The notes beneath the pieces are model-generated. The model worked only from the letters and a program-made list of their open reading frames with translations, was not told where the DNA came from and ran no database searches. DNA of 64,000 nucleotides from Deltaproteobacteria bacterium UBA4427 (GTDB lineage: Bacteria; Myxococcota_A; UBA9160; UBA4427). This document shows, piece after piece, positions 54,757 to 64,000 of this stretch; the stretch's first letter is position 1; the number at the start of each line of letters is the position of its first letter. Location: positions 53,356-117,355 of the forward strand of contig DGPZ01000102.1 in NCBI GenBank assembly GCA_002390675.1, in the 5' to 3' direction. A program made the translations under genes and the position numbers.

Positions 54757-57189
54757 ATGGCCTTCGATTCCCTCCCCCCGGTTACATCGAGTCCGCCTGA
54801 GACAGGCTGGATTGGAGACGCTCCCGAGTGGCCGGTTATCCCGAATAATGGCCGCGTCGTATTCCTTGCGGAGAGCGCAAGCCGCCTGGAGCGACGGCTC
54901 ATCAAACGGTGGGTTGAAAGCCGGCGACCGGCAGACGTGAGCGCAGACCGTGCTGAGCTTGTCATGCTCCCGCCCTCGCGCAGACGGGGCCGAAGACGGC
55001 TCGGCCCTGAACTTGAAGCGACCCTGGCGGGGGGAGGCGACCCCTTGATGGCTCCGCTGCGAGTCATTTGGCAAGGACCTTTGCATGAGAGCAGACGATC
55101 TTCAAGCGCGCTCAGCCTACTCACGTTAGGCGACCCGCGGGATCCAAATTGGTTGAGGCAAGCCTGGGTACTCAAGCGAGATCCCAACCGGTGTCTGATT
55201 GTGGCCGGCGAGCCCGCAACCGCATCAGATCTTCGCGCGCGATGGACAGAAGCGGCAGGGGCTGAACCGAGTGAGACGTTAGGCTTCGCGGATTTCGTGG
55301 CACAGACGGCCACTCTCGCTCTTGAGCGAGCGGAGCGAAAGATTCGCGGCGCGCGGTACAAAGTTCCCCGGCTGGTCCACGAACAAATTCTTGGGCGCCC
55401 AAGTTTTCGCGGCGGCCTAGCACGCCTTGTCAGTGAGCAGCGCGCCGAAGGCAAGAGCGATGCCTCGATCCAAGCGCTCTCTTCCGAGGCGCTGAGCCAT
55501 CTTAAAGAAATCGCGGCGACGCATAGCCCTCTCGTAATCGATCTCGTAATCGGATTGATCCGGTGGTTTTATACGCGGGGCTATGACGAAGAACTCGTGT
55601 ATAACCCCGAACGTATGAAGGGCATCGCAGCTCTCGAAGAACGACATCCCGTCGTCTTCCTGCCAACCCATAAACACAATCTCGATCATCTCGTGCTGCA
55701 ATACATCCTGCACGAGCGAGGTCTCCCCCCGAATCACACGGCTGGCGGCATCAACATGAACTTCTTCCCGCTCGGGCAACTCGTCCGTCGAGCGGGCGTA
55801 TTCTTTATCCGTCGCACTTTCCGCAATGACCCGGTCTACAAACACGTTCTCGCTCATTACATCGACTACTTGATCGAGAAACGCTTCCCCCTTGAGTGGT
55901 ACATCGAAGGCGGACGATCGCGCTCAGGAAAGCTCCTTCCCCCCCGTTACGGCCTACTCGCCAACGTCGTAGACGCCTATCGCCGCGGCAAGAGTGACGA
56001 CGTCTATCTTGTGCCCGTGTCCATTGCCTACGACCAAATTCAGGGCCTCGGCAGCTACGTAAAAGAGCAGCGTGGCGGCGAAAAGCAGACCGAGAGCTTC
56101 GGCTGGCTAGTCGGCGTGATTCGTCAGATGAAGCGCCGATACGGAAAAATTCACATCGCTTTCGGCGAACCGCTCTCACTTAAGGAACAGCTTGGCGACG
56201 CTGCACGCCAACCCGAGCACGACGCCAGCTTCGATCTCGAGAAGCTCGCCTTCGAAGTCTGTGTACGGATCAATCATGTGACGCCGATTACTCCGATTTC
56301 TCTCGTCACACTTGCACTGCTAGGCACGACGGGCCAGGCACTGACCGTGCTCGAGACTCGAAGGTCGCTCTCTAATTTGCTCGAGAATGTACGCGTGCGA
56401 AATTTGCCAACGACCGCGGACCTCGATCATCTTTCAGGCGACGAGGGCGTGCGGTTCACCCTCGAAGCCCTAGTCGAGAACGATGTCGTCACCCGCTTCG
56501 ACGAAGGGCGAGAGCCCGTTTACGGAATCGCCGACGACCAGCAACTCTCCGCCGCCTACTATCGAAATACGGTCGTGCACTTCTTTGTCACGGGCGCGAT
56601 CGCTGAACTCTCACTGATCCATGCCACGGAAGGCAACAGAAACGAATTCCTTCCGCGCTTCTGGGACGAAGTCATGCGCATGCGTGATCTCTTCAAGTTC
56701 GAATTCTTCTTCCCTGAAAAGGAAGCCTTCCGAGAGGAAGTGCGCGAATCCCTAGATCTGAATCATCGCAATTGGGAACAGCGAATCGAGAATTACGAAC
56801 TCGACCCCGACGAAATGATTCGACGATCGCGCCCCTATCTCTCACATCGTGTCCTACGCCCCTTCCTCGAGAGCTACCGCGTAGTCGCTGATCAGCTCGC
56901 CACCCTGCCGCCTTCCGAGCCCTTCGAGGAAAAGCGCTTCCTCAAAGACTGTCTCGGGCTGGGACGGCAATACGAACTGCAAAAGCGAATTCACGCCTCT
57001 GATTCCGTATCAAAAGCACTTTTTCAAACTGCACTCAAACTCGCAAAGAATCGTGACCTGCTCGGTGAAGGGGACGAATCTCTGGCACAGGCCAGACTCG
57101 CCTTCGCCGACGAGATCGTGGATGCCGTGCGGCGCGCCGATGTCATCGTCGCGCTTGCGGCGGGTCGCCGCGCACGACTGCTCACCTAA
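54757..57189 (+). CDS. plsB: glycerol-3-phosphate 1-O-acyltransferase
   Basis: 810 aa. FLPTHKHNLDHLVL (HxxxxD), GGINMNFFPLGQLVRRAGVFFIRRTF and YIEGGRSRSGKLLPPRYGLL align with the PlsB blocks. Confidence 0.9.
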   Translation: MAFDSLPPVTSSPPETGWIGDAPEWPVIPNNGRVVFLAESASRLERRLIKRWVESRRPADVSADRAELVMLPPSRRRGRRRLGPELEATLAGGGDPLMAPLRVIWQGPLHESRRSSSALSLLTLGDPRDPNWLRQAWVLKRDPNRCLIVAGEPATASDLRARWTEAAGAEPSETLGFADFVAQTATLALERAERKIRGARYKVPRLVHEQILGRPSFRGGLARLVSEQRAEGKSDASIQALSSEALSHLKEIAATHSPLVIDLVIGLIRWFYTRGYDEELVYNPERMKGIAALEERHPVVFLPTHKHNLDHLVLQYILHERGLPPNHTAGGINMNFFPLGQLVRRAGVFFIRRTFRNDPVYKHVLAHYIDYLIEKRFPLEWYIEGGRSRSGKLLPPRYGLLANVVDAYRRGKSDDVYLVPVSIAYDQIQGLGSYVKEQRGGEKQTESFGWLVGVIRQMKRRYGKIHIAFGEPLSLKEQLGDAARQPEHDASFDLEKLAFEVCVRINHVTPITPISLVTLALLGTTGQALTVLETRRSLSNLLENVRVRNLPTTADLDHLSGDEGVRFTLEALVENDVVTRFDEGREPVYGIADDQQLSAAYYRNTVVHFFVTGAIAELSLIHATEGNRNEFLPRFWDEVMRMRDLFKFEFFFPEKEAFREEVRESLDLNHRNWEQRIENYELDPDEMIRRSRPYLSHRVLRPFLESYRVVADQLATLPPSEPFEEKRFLKDCLGLGRQYELQKRIHASDSVSKALFQTALKLAKNRDLLGEGDESLAQARLAFADEIVDAVRRADVIVALAAGRRARLLT

Positions 57190-57216
57190 CTCCAGCCAAT
57201 TATGTAGGAGAACATC

Positions 57217-57675
57217 ATGTCCGACCAAACCCTTCAGCTCATCCAGGATCGCATCGAGATCGAAGAACTAATGCATCTCTACGCCGAAATGGTCGATCAG
57301 CGCGAGTGGGCGCAAATGGATCGCATCTTCGCCCTCGAAGCAACGATCGACTACGCCTCGACCGGTGGCCAAAGCGGACCCTTCCGTGAAACACTGGCCT
57401 GGCTCGATCGAGCCCTCGAGAGCTGGCCGATCAACCTGCACTTTATCACCAATCTGGTCATTGAGGTCGATGGCGACACCGCTCGATCCAGATGTTATTT
57501 CCATGCGCCTATGGGGCGAAACGCACCGGACGGTGGCCAGTACATCATTACCAACGCGGGTCGCTACCTCGACAAGCTCGTCCGTACAGCGGACGGCTGG
57601 CGAATTGTCGAACGCTTCTGCGACCAAACGATCATGCAGGGCAACTTGCCCGAAGGCTACGAAATCCCCAGTTAG
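57217..57675 (+). CDS. NTF2-fold SnoaL_4-like protein
   Basis: 152 aa. DRIEIEELMHLYAEMVDQREWAQMDRIF is typical of the SnoaL-like/ring-hydroxylating-beta-like family. AGGAG SD. Confidence 0.7.
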   Translation: MSDQTLQLIQDRIEIEELMHLYAEMVDQREWAQMDRIFALEATIDYASTGGQSGPFRETLAWLDRALESWPINLHFITNLVIEVDGDTARSRCYFHAPMGRNAPDGGQYIITNAGRYLDKLVRTADGWRIVERFCDQTIMQGNLPEGYEIPS

Positions 57676-57717
57676 GACGGGGGGGTAGGCGTAGGTGTAG
57701 GCGCGGACCGAGACGAC

Positions 57718-58899
57718 TTAGTCGATAAAGGCCGCGCGGTACTCTTTGAAAGCCTCTTTGATGCCCTCTTCCGTGAGCCCATACTGCGCGAGCGTATACT
57801 CGTGCGGGGGGCGCTTATCCCGAGGATTATCTGCTCGCCACTGTTCCATACCCGCGCGCGCGGCATCAGACATTTCGATGCCGAAGGTGCTGTAAGCCCG
57901 CTCGAGTTCGGCGATCGGGTCCTTCATGGCATTTCTAAAATCGATGTCCACGAATCGGCCCGCAGCATTGGTCCCACGCGAAGCCATCGCCCGCTTCGTG
58001 CCCCAAGCTAGGCGCTCCTGCCATTGCTGTCCCGCCGCAGTAGCCTCGTCTTCATCACTATAAAGCGACCACATCGCGTTATTCATAGACGCGGCGGACG
58101 GAACGGTATCCACGGGATCGCGATGCGTCTGAATTACGCAGGCGCCGGGGAAGACCTTGAAGACCGTGTCTATATAGCCGAGGTGATTCGGCGTCTTAAG
58201 GACCCACCGTTCGCGCACATTGCCCCGCTGGCGCTTCTGCCACTGCAGCGACTGCAGCAACTTCCGAAGGTATTCATAGGCCGGCGTCCAGTCCTGTTCA
58301 TTCAACCAGCTTCGGTAGCTCGGAATATTTGTGAAGGCCTCGGGCACATGAGACATAAAGGTGTGTTCGAGGAGCATGATCTCTTCGTCAGGGGCCTGGG
58401 CATCCCAAGGATGAATCGAGGCTTGCCTTGGATCGGCTTCGAGGATCGCCGCGACTTCGGCTTCGGCGATCGGGATGCGCGGGTCCGGAACGTTCCAATC
58501 GGTCTTCGAATGGGGCGCGGGGAAACGCGTCTCCCACCACATGCACGCATGGTTGCGTGGATCGCTGGCGATGATCCGCTGCAACATAGTCGTCCCAGTT
58601 CGCATCTGCCCGATCACTACCAGAGGAGCGACGATCTCTTCTTCAAGGATCTCCGGATGACGCGAGATCTCGTCCTGAATCCGCAGTCTCGTCTCGAGAC
58701 TCTCGAGGACTCGGGCGCGCATAATGGTGCGGCCTAGATCGTTTAGCGGCGCTTCTTCGCGGAGGGACGCTAGCAGCGCACCAAGCGCGGGTCGGAATTC
58801 ATCAGGCCCAAAATCTGAGAGCCCCGAGTTCGACTGTGCATCTGCGAGTAACTGAGCCTCTTCAAATGCCGCCTGATTCTCCGCCGAACCTCTACTCAT
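57718..58899 (-). CDS. sulfotransferase-family protein (paralogue of 41840..43111)
   Basis: LVVIGQMRTGTTMLQRII and WVLKTPNHLGYIDTVFKVFPGACVIQTHRDP. ATG at 58899 has GAGGG upstream. The longer ORF to 59157 is Gly/Arg/Ala-rich and unlikely to be coding. Confidence 0.8.
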   Translation of the reverse strand: MSRGSAENQAAFEEAQLLADAQSNSGLSDFGPDEFRPALGALLASLREEAPLNDLGRTIMRARVLESLETRLRIQDEISRHPEILEEEIVAPLVVIGQMRTGTTMLQRIIASDPRNHACMWWETRFPAPHSKTDWNVPDPRIPIAEAEVAAILEADPRQASIHPWDAQAPDEEIMLLEHTFMSHVPEAFTNIPSYRSWLNEQDWTPAYEYLRKLLQSLQWQKRQRGNVRERWVLKTPNHLGYIDTVFKVFPGACVIQTHRDPVDTVPSAASMNNAMWSLYSDEDEATAAGQQWQERLAWGTKRAMASRGTNAAGRFVDIDFRNAMKDPIAELERAYSTFGIEMSDAARAGMEQWRADNPRDKRPPHEYTLAQYGLTEEGIKEAFKEYRAAFID

Positions 58900-59209
58900 C
58901 ACACCCTCTTTTCGCGCTTGGCCTGTGGAAGACCGACCCGCCAGCGAATGAATCGCCGGCGATCGATCGGGGTCGCGAGCGTAGGCAGTCCCGGCGGCCG
59001 CTTCAATCTTACCCGAAGAAGGATTCCACCCGGTAAAAGCTCGACCGGCATACCCCGCAACCCGGCACCACTTATGCCAGACTAAACATCCGGACCTCGT
59101 CTCCTCGCGCGGCAAGTCCGCAGGAGCACCGATGTCGCCCTCCAGCCCCCAGGACACAAATCAGAACTTACCTTCCACCGCAGATACTGCGGGGGCGGAA
59201 GGCGAATCG

Positions 59210-60556
59210 ATGACACTTCGAACCGAGAAGGTCGTGCGATGGGTCGAGGAGAACATGGGCGGACGGGTCACTCACGTCGACCCCCAGGCACGCTGGCGCC
59301 CCGTCTGGTTTCTCGAAGTCGAACGCGAGGGACCGGACGGAGTTGAGAAGCTCGAACTCTGTGTTCGCGGCGACCGACTCGATTGCCGCCACGGCTTCTC
59401 CCTCGAAAACGAAATGAAGCTGCAGACTCTCCTGCACGAGCACGGTATCCCCGTCGCTAAGGTCTATGGCTGGTGCGACGATCCGCGCGCTTACGTTATG
59501 GACCGCATCGACGGCGTCGAACATTTCCAGCAAACCGACGACGCAACCCGCGACCAAGTCATGCAGCACTACATGGAAATCCTCGCGGACATCCATCGTC
59601 TAGACCCCGCGCCGTTCATCGCCGCAGGGCTGCTTCGCGCGGACTCGCCTGCCGAGTCGGGGCGAATCGGAATCGATACCTACGAAGCCGCCTATCGCGA
59701 CGTTAAGAAACGCCCGGACCCCTTCCTCGAATTCTGCCTCGGTTGGATCAAGCGAAACCCGGTCGGCGGGGACGTCCGCGAAACCGTGATCGTGTGGGAC
59801 TCGGGTCAGCTGATGCACAAGAACGGACGCATCGAAGCCGTCATCGATTTGGAGATCGGTCATATCGGCGATCCAATGATGGATCTCGCCGGCTTCCGCA
59901 TGCGAACGAGCGTGCTTGGGTTTGGCGACTTCGAAAAGCTCTACGAACATTACGCAGCACACGGGGGCCAGGCTGTTGACCGCCGCGCCATCCAGTACCA
60001 CCACTTCTGTTTCACGCTGAGCAATCAGCTCGCATTTCACGACGCGCTTGCTGAGCCGCCCCCCGGATCCGACTACATGACGAATATGCAGTGGTGCGCG
60101 GAAACAAATATTTACGCCATGGAAGCGCTTGGCGAGATCCTCGAAATTGATCTCGAGGAGGTCCCTACCCCGCAATCTAGAGTTTCCACCGGCGCCGTGG
60201 CTCAGGGTCACCTCGTCAATTGGCTGCGCAATTTCGACGCGCCTGACGACTACACCCAGCATCAGTTCCGCATATTCTTTCGGGTCGCGCGACATCTCGC
60301 GCGCACGGACGAAATCGGCGCGGCGGTCGACGAAGCAAACCTGGACGATCTCGAAGATCTGTTAGGCATGCGACCGGCGACATGGCAAGAAGGTGACGCG
60401 GCCCTCGAACGTTTTGTGCTTAAAGATGAGGGACAGCATGATGTCGAACTCGTCCGACTTTTCCACAAGCGCTGCACTCGCTATCTAATGCTCTGCGGCC
60501 CCTACGGCTCAGCCATCGCCCGCCACAACCCGATCCCCGATTTCCGCGTCGACTGA
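59210..60556 (+). CDS. phosphotransferase (APH/choline-kinase-like) family protein
   Basis: Brenner-type region IVWDSGQLMHKNGRIEAVIDLEIGHIGDPMMDLA. ATG at 59210 is preceded by GGAAGG. Confidence 0.8.
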   Translation: MTLRTEKVVRWVEENMGGRVTHVDPQARWRPVWFLEVEREGPDGVEKLELCVRGDRLDCRHGFSLENEMKLQTLLHEHGIPVAKVYGWCDDPRAYVMDRIDGVEHFQQTDDATRDQVMQHYMEILADIHRLDPAPFIAAGLLRADSPAESGRIGIDTYEAAYRDVKKRPDPFLEFCLGWIKRNPVGGDVRETVIVWDSGQLMHKNGRIEAVIDLEIGHIGDPMMDLAGFRMRTSVLGFGDFEKLYEHYAAHGGQAVDRRAIQYHHFCFTLSNQLAFHDALAEPPPGSDYMTNMQWCAETNIYAMEALGEILEIDLEEVPTPQSRVSTGAVAQGHLVNWLRNFDAPDDYTQHQFRIFFRVARHLARTDEIGAAVDEANLDDLEDLLGMRPATWQEGDAALERFVLKDEGQHDVELVRLFHKRCTRYLMLCGPYGSAIARHNPIPDFRVD

Positions 60557-60575
60557 CGCGCTAGGAGTTTCCCTT

Positions 60576-61385
60576 TTGTCTGATGCGTCTGCCTTGCCCG
60601 ACCTGAAGTCCTACGAGCACATCACCGTCGAGAGCGACGGACACGTCGCGGTGCTAACCCTCGATGAGCCTAAGAAGCTGAACGCGATGGATACGGCCAT
60701 GCTCGACGACATGCTCGAGGCGATCTGCTCGCTCAACAAAAATCCGGAAATCCGCGTCGGTATCCTCGCCGCAAACGGTAAGAGCTTCTGCGCCGGCGCC
60801 GACCTCCGCTCCGAACTCGGCGAAGGCCGCACGACCGCAGATCATCTTCAGCAGGACCATCGCCCGGTGCTCATGGCGATCGCCAATGCCCCAATGCCCT
60901 GGATCAGCGCCGTCCAAGGCGCCGCCGCCGGCATCGGCAGCGCGTATGCCATGAACTGCGACCTCACGATCATGGCAGAAGACGCCTACATCTATCAGGC
61001 CTTCGCCGCGATCGGCCTCGTGCCCGACGGCGGTGCGACGTGGCATCTCGTAAACACGATCGGCCGCAAGCGGGCCTACGAAATCATCGCTACCGGCGAG
61101 AAACTCTCTGCCGAGCGCTGCCTCGAATGGGGCCTCTGCAATCGTGTCGTCGCGTCGGAACGGCTTATGGACGAGGCACGCGAATGGGCCAAGACCCTCG
61201 CCGGCCGAGCCCCCCTCGCCCTCCGCTATGCCAAAGACGCCGTCCGAACCGCGGCGACGAGCGATCTTGGTGGCACGATCGATCGGGAAACCGAGCTGCA
61301 GATGCTCTGCACCGAGAGCGAAGACGCGCTGGAAGGGATCAAGGCCTTCATCCACCGCCGAGATCCGGTCTTCAAGGGGCGATAG
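60576..61385 (+). CDS. enoyl-CoA hydratase/isomerase (crotonase) family
   Basis: VAVLTLDEPKKLNAM, SFCAGADL and ISAVQGAAAGIGSAYAMNCDL. TTG start with AGGAG 8 nt upstream. Confidence 0.9.
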   Translation: MSDASALPDLKSYEHITVESDGHVAVLTLDEPKKLNAMDTAMLDDMLEAICSLNKNPEIRVGILAANGKSFCAGADLRSELGEGRTTADHLQQDHRPVLMAIANAPMPWISAVQGAAAGIGSAYAMNCDLTIMAEDAYIYQAFAAIGLVPDGGATWHLVNTIGRKRAYEIIATGEKLSAERCLEWGLCNRVVASERLMDEAREWAKTLAGRAPLALRYAKDAVRTAATSDLGGTIDRETELQMLCTESEDALEGIKAFIHRRDPVFKGR

Positions 61386-61630
61386 TCGGGCAGCTCTTTA
61401 GCGAACGTGTTCCCAAATAGATAAACCACTGTTTTTAATGGCTTATTATAGCCTTTCGACTTTCCGGGCCACGCTGGCTCTGGCGATCTATTCGAGCCCC
61501 AGCCCCTTCAAAAACGAGCCGAAGACAGATCGGCCGTAGGCTCAGCAAGGATCCTGAGGCCTCTACTTCCTAGGGGCAGCCAACAACATCACGGACCGCT
61601 TCCTGCTTTGGACGCTCTGGATCGCAGGGG

Positions 61631-63415
61631 TCACTTTGCTTCCGGCGGGGTGTACCAAATGGGCGAGGTGTAAGCGCGCTCCTGGTGCAGAACCGTCATA
61701 CCAGTAATCGACTTCCCGTAGCGCACAGCATCGATCGCATTCCAGCGCGGGGTCGGCACTTCGAGCACACGCAAGTAGTAGAACGCGAGCGCCTTTGGAT
61801 CGAATTCGGGATCGCTCCAAACAACGGCGATTTCTGATTGTCCGACGACACCATCCTCTGCCACGTGCGCGTCAAAGACCTTCTCCTGCGCTTCGCCGTT
61901 TGCGTCAACCCAGCCCTTCACGACCTGCGCACGCTGAAGCGGCGCTGTCTCCGGATCCCGCGAAGCCAATATTAAGAAGCGCGGCATCTGTTTTTCGTCA
62001 GGGCGAGGGGAGGCTCGAAGCGGCAGATCCGCCCCCATAGGCACTCCCTTCCCGTAGCCTGCGCGCGCGGGATGACTCGACCGCGCATCGACTCCCGCAA
62101 AGCTCCAGCCGCCGAAGAAGCGAACGCCGATTCTTGGACCAGTAGTCGAATAGACCTCGCCCCGACGCATCGCATCGAAGATCGCTTCCCGACTATTCTC
62201 CTTGGCCCAGACTCCGGCATAACCCGCCGCTGCCTGTTCCCAATTCATGGTCGGATTGGCATCGTTCCCAATCGGTCGAATAAAGGGCCCTTCCGCGCGA
62301 TTACTCCCGGGCGGCATATTCGCAGTCTTGCCCCAGTAGTTGTCCTCGTCCGCGGTCGCGAGGGAGGTATGCGAGTCGGTGCTCCCGATCATCGCGAAGC
62401 GAAACGGGTTCACCCCGATCTGCGCTTGCAGCAGGAGTCCGTTCTTGAGGGCTGCCCGCGCGTAACTTCCCGCGTGCATCGCAGAATTCGTCTTCTCAAG
62501 CCCAAAAATATTAGTCTCGTCCCATCGCTCGTAGTCCGCAAATTCATCATCTGGCGACAAGAATGGGTGCGTTTCGCTGTCCCCCTTGATCTGCGTCACC
62601 TCCACGACAGGCTCATAACGCGCACGCGCCGTCGCGTGCGCTGCATCGATCGGGCTCCCGTCCGAATCCTCGACGGCGAACATGCGTCCGTTACTCAGAT
62701 TCGAGTTATGCGGAATCGCAAATGCTTCGCCGCCCGTCTTTGCCTCATATTCTGCAAGAAAGTCCCAAAGCCTTTCCGGCATATCACTATGTACCGAAGA
62801 GAAGGGAAGAATTTGCTTAGTCTTGTTAGGCCCGTCTCGAAAGAGGACATTGCGATGAAGATTATTGCCGCCCGGTGTAGAGCCCCATTCGTAGCCCACG
62901 ATCGTCGTAAAACGACCCGGCTCGTTCATCCGTTCAGCGATATCGATCACTTCATCCCAAACGAGCCTTTGCAGGTTTTCATCCTCGGCCATGGGATCGC
63001 CGTTCAAGAGCCGGTTCAGCGCATTGATATCCTCCGGTCCGAAGATCGGGTTCTCGACCATCAACTGCTTGACCCGACGCGCCGTCTCCGAGCCGGAGAC
63101 CGCCGGATGCTCCTCCCTAATCATCTTGAATATGCCCATGTACTCGGCGTGATCAGAAACAACAAGAAAGTCGAGAGGGCGAGATAACTTCGCAAACGCT
63201 CCCGCATCTGTTCGTATCTCTTCGCCCTTCGCAAAACGGTATGCGACTTCCGGCCCAAGACTAAAGTTGTTGAATAGATTCGCGTCGAGGGAGTAAGCGG
63301 AATGGACGTGGGTATCACCCCAATAGAGTTCCGGCAGTTCATCGGCCGCCAACGAGCGAGACGCCGTAGCCAGAACGGTGATAAACAAACAAATTGAGCG
63401 GAGGGGATACTGCAT
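61631..63415 (-). CDS. secreted DUF3604-family (PHP-like metal-dependent) protein
   Basis: Signal peptide ICLFITVLATASRSLAA. YWGDTHVHSAYSLDA N-terminal metal motif. Also VVSDHAEYMG and IGSTDSHTS. Confidence 0.85.
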   Translation of the reverse strand: MQYPLRSICLFITVLATASRSLAADELPELYWGDTHVHSAYSLDANLFNNFSLGPEVAYRFAKGEEIRTDAGAFAKLSRPLDFLVVSDHAEYMGIFKMIREEHPAVSGSETARRVKQLMVENPIFGPEDINALNRLLNGDPMAEDENLQRLVWDEVIDIAERMNEPGRFTTIVGYEWGSTPGGNNLHRNVLFRDGPNKTKQILPFSSVHSDMPERLWDFLAEYEAKTGGEAFAIPHNSNLSNGRMFAVEDSDGSPIDAAHATARARYEPVVEVTQIKGDSETHPFLSPDDEFADYERWDETNIFGLEKTNSAMHAGSYARAALKNGLLLQAQIGVNPFRFAMIGSTDSHTSLATADEDNYWGKTANMPPGSNRAEGPFIRPIGNDANPTMNWEQAAAGYAGVWAKENSREAIFDAMRRGEVYSTTGPRIGVRFFGGWSFAGVDARSSHPARAGYGKGVPMGADLPLRASPRPDEKQMPRFLILASRDPETAPLQRAQVVKGWVDANGEAQEKVFDAHVAEDGVVGQSEIAVVWSDPEFDPKALAFYYLRVLEVPTPRWNAIDAVRYGKSITGMTVLHQERAYTSPIWYTPPEAK

Positions 63416-63575
63416 CGGATTCTCCTGCCGCCTGGGTGGGTAGAGGTCGCGGGCGGAATCCGGAGGCTAGGAAGTTTCCCTCCGAATGCGCAAGCGCGAG
63501 ATTCTCTGGGCGATGGCCTAAACTCGACGTCCATATCGATCCACACACCAGCAGCGACATGCGAGAGGACAAGCG

Positions 63576-63986
63576 ATGACTATCCATAATGGTGTGGGCT
63601 TCAAGACGTTACTGGCAGAGGCAAACGCAGACGTCGAGACGATCACGATCGAGACGCTGCAAAAAACGATCGACGATGACACAATCGTCGTGATCGATCT
63701 CCGCGACATCCGCGAACTACAGCGCGAAGGACAGCTCCCGGGCGCTCTTCACATGCCCCGTGGCATGCTCGAATTCTGGGTCGATCCCGATAGTCCCTAC
63801 GCGCGACCGATTTTCCAGGAAGATAAACGCTTCGTCTTCTATTGCGCCTCTGCCTGGCGCTCAGCCCTAGCTTGCCAAGTCGCAGGACGCCTCGGGCTTC
63901 AAAACGCAAGCCACCTCGAAGGCGGCTTCACTGGCTGGAAAGAAGCTGGTGGCAAAGTCGTGGCGTACAAAAAGAGGCCGAAATAG
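63576..63986 (+). CDS. rhodanese-domain sulfurtransferase
   Basis: VVIDLRD...GQLPGALHMPRG and the active-site loop FYCASAWRS, followed by LEGGFTGWKEAGG. Confidence 0.85.
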   Translation: MTIHNGVGFKTLLAEANADVETITIETLQKTIDDDTIVVIDLRDIRELQREGQLPGALHMPRGMLEFWVDPDSPYARPIFQEDKRFVFYCASAWRSALACQVAGRLGLQNASHLEGGFTGWKEAGGKVVAYKKRPK

Positions 63987-64000
63987 GCCCACGCGCCAAA

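Overview
This is a high-GC (roughly 60%) chromosomal segment from a diderm bacterium. The gene content fits a marine proteobacterial or Myxococcota-like lineage, but taxonomy cannot be fixed from sequence alone. I support about 45 protein-coding genes and one decayed gene. I found no rRNA, tRNA, CRISPR array, transposase or integrase by eye. Most long antisense ORFs in the track are high-GC artefacts.

Ordinary content: murA, argG, GTP-dependent PEPCK, msrA, xthA, plsB with a divergent PlsC-type acyltransferase, and a split pqiA-pqiA'-pqiB-pqiC operon. There is also a lipid/xenobiotic catabolic set: acyl-CoA dehydrogenase, acyl-CoA synthetase, SDR, enoyl-CoA hydratase, thiolase-like plus DUF35 pair, LLM-class oxidoreductase, cytochrome P450, tungsten-type aldehyde:ferredoxin oxidoreductase, two paralogous sulfotransferases, three NTF2/SnoaL-like proteins and an APH-type kinase. 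The remaining genes are an RcnA-like Ni/Co exporter, a LOG-family protein, DUF3604, a rhodanese, a TetR regulator and a SpoU methyltransferase.

The stand-out region is 14.4-29.4 kb, which holds two consecutive minus-strand operons.
- Operon A (29365->23520) encodes three proteins. The first is a cytoplasmic FHA + FAD/NAD(P) oxidoreductase + 2x cNMP-binding + four-cluster ferredoxin fusion. The second is a 5-TM protein with two His-x13-His helices, the classic di-haem-b ligand geometry. The third is an FHA + TM + decahaem cytochrome c.
- Operon B (23212->14416) encodes a lipoprotein with two GlcG/DUF336 haem-binding-like domains, a large outer-membrane beta-barrel with a Pro-rich extension, and a 1290-aa decahaem cytochrome c fused to an LVIVD-repeat beta-propeller.

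Together they read as a trans-envelope electron conduit whose inner-membrane module is gated by phosphothreonine-reader (FHA) and cyclic-nucleotide domains. I regard this as the candidate undescribed system.

Other notable points:
- a C-terminal-kinase Ser/Thr kinase next to a sigma factor
- a PAS protein with a degenerate histidine-kinase core
- MurA with Asp in place of the fosfomycin-target Cys
- a frameshifted ExeA/MshM-like ATPase pseudogene
- a T10G9 homopolymer junction
- a perfect CRP-type palindrome
- a nested inverted repeat between convergent genes
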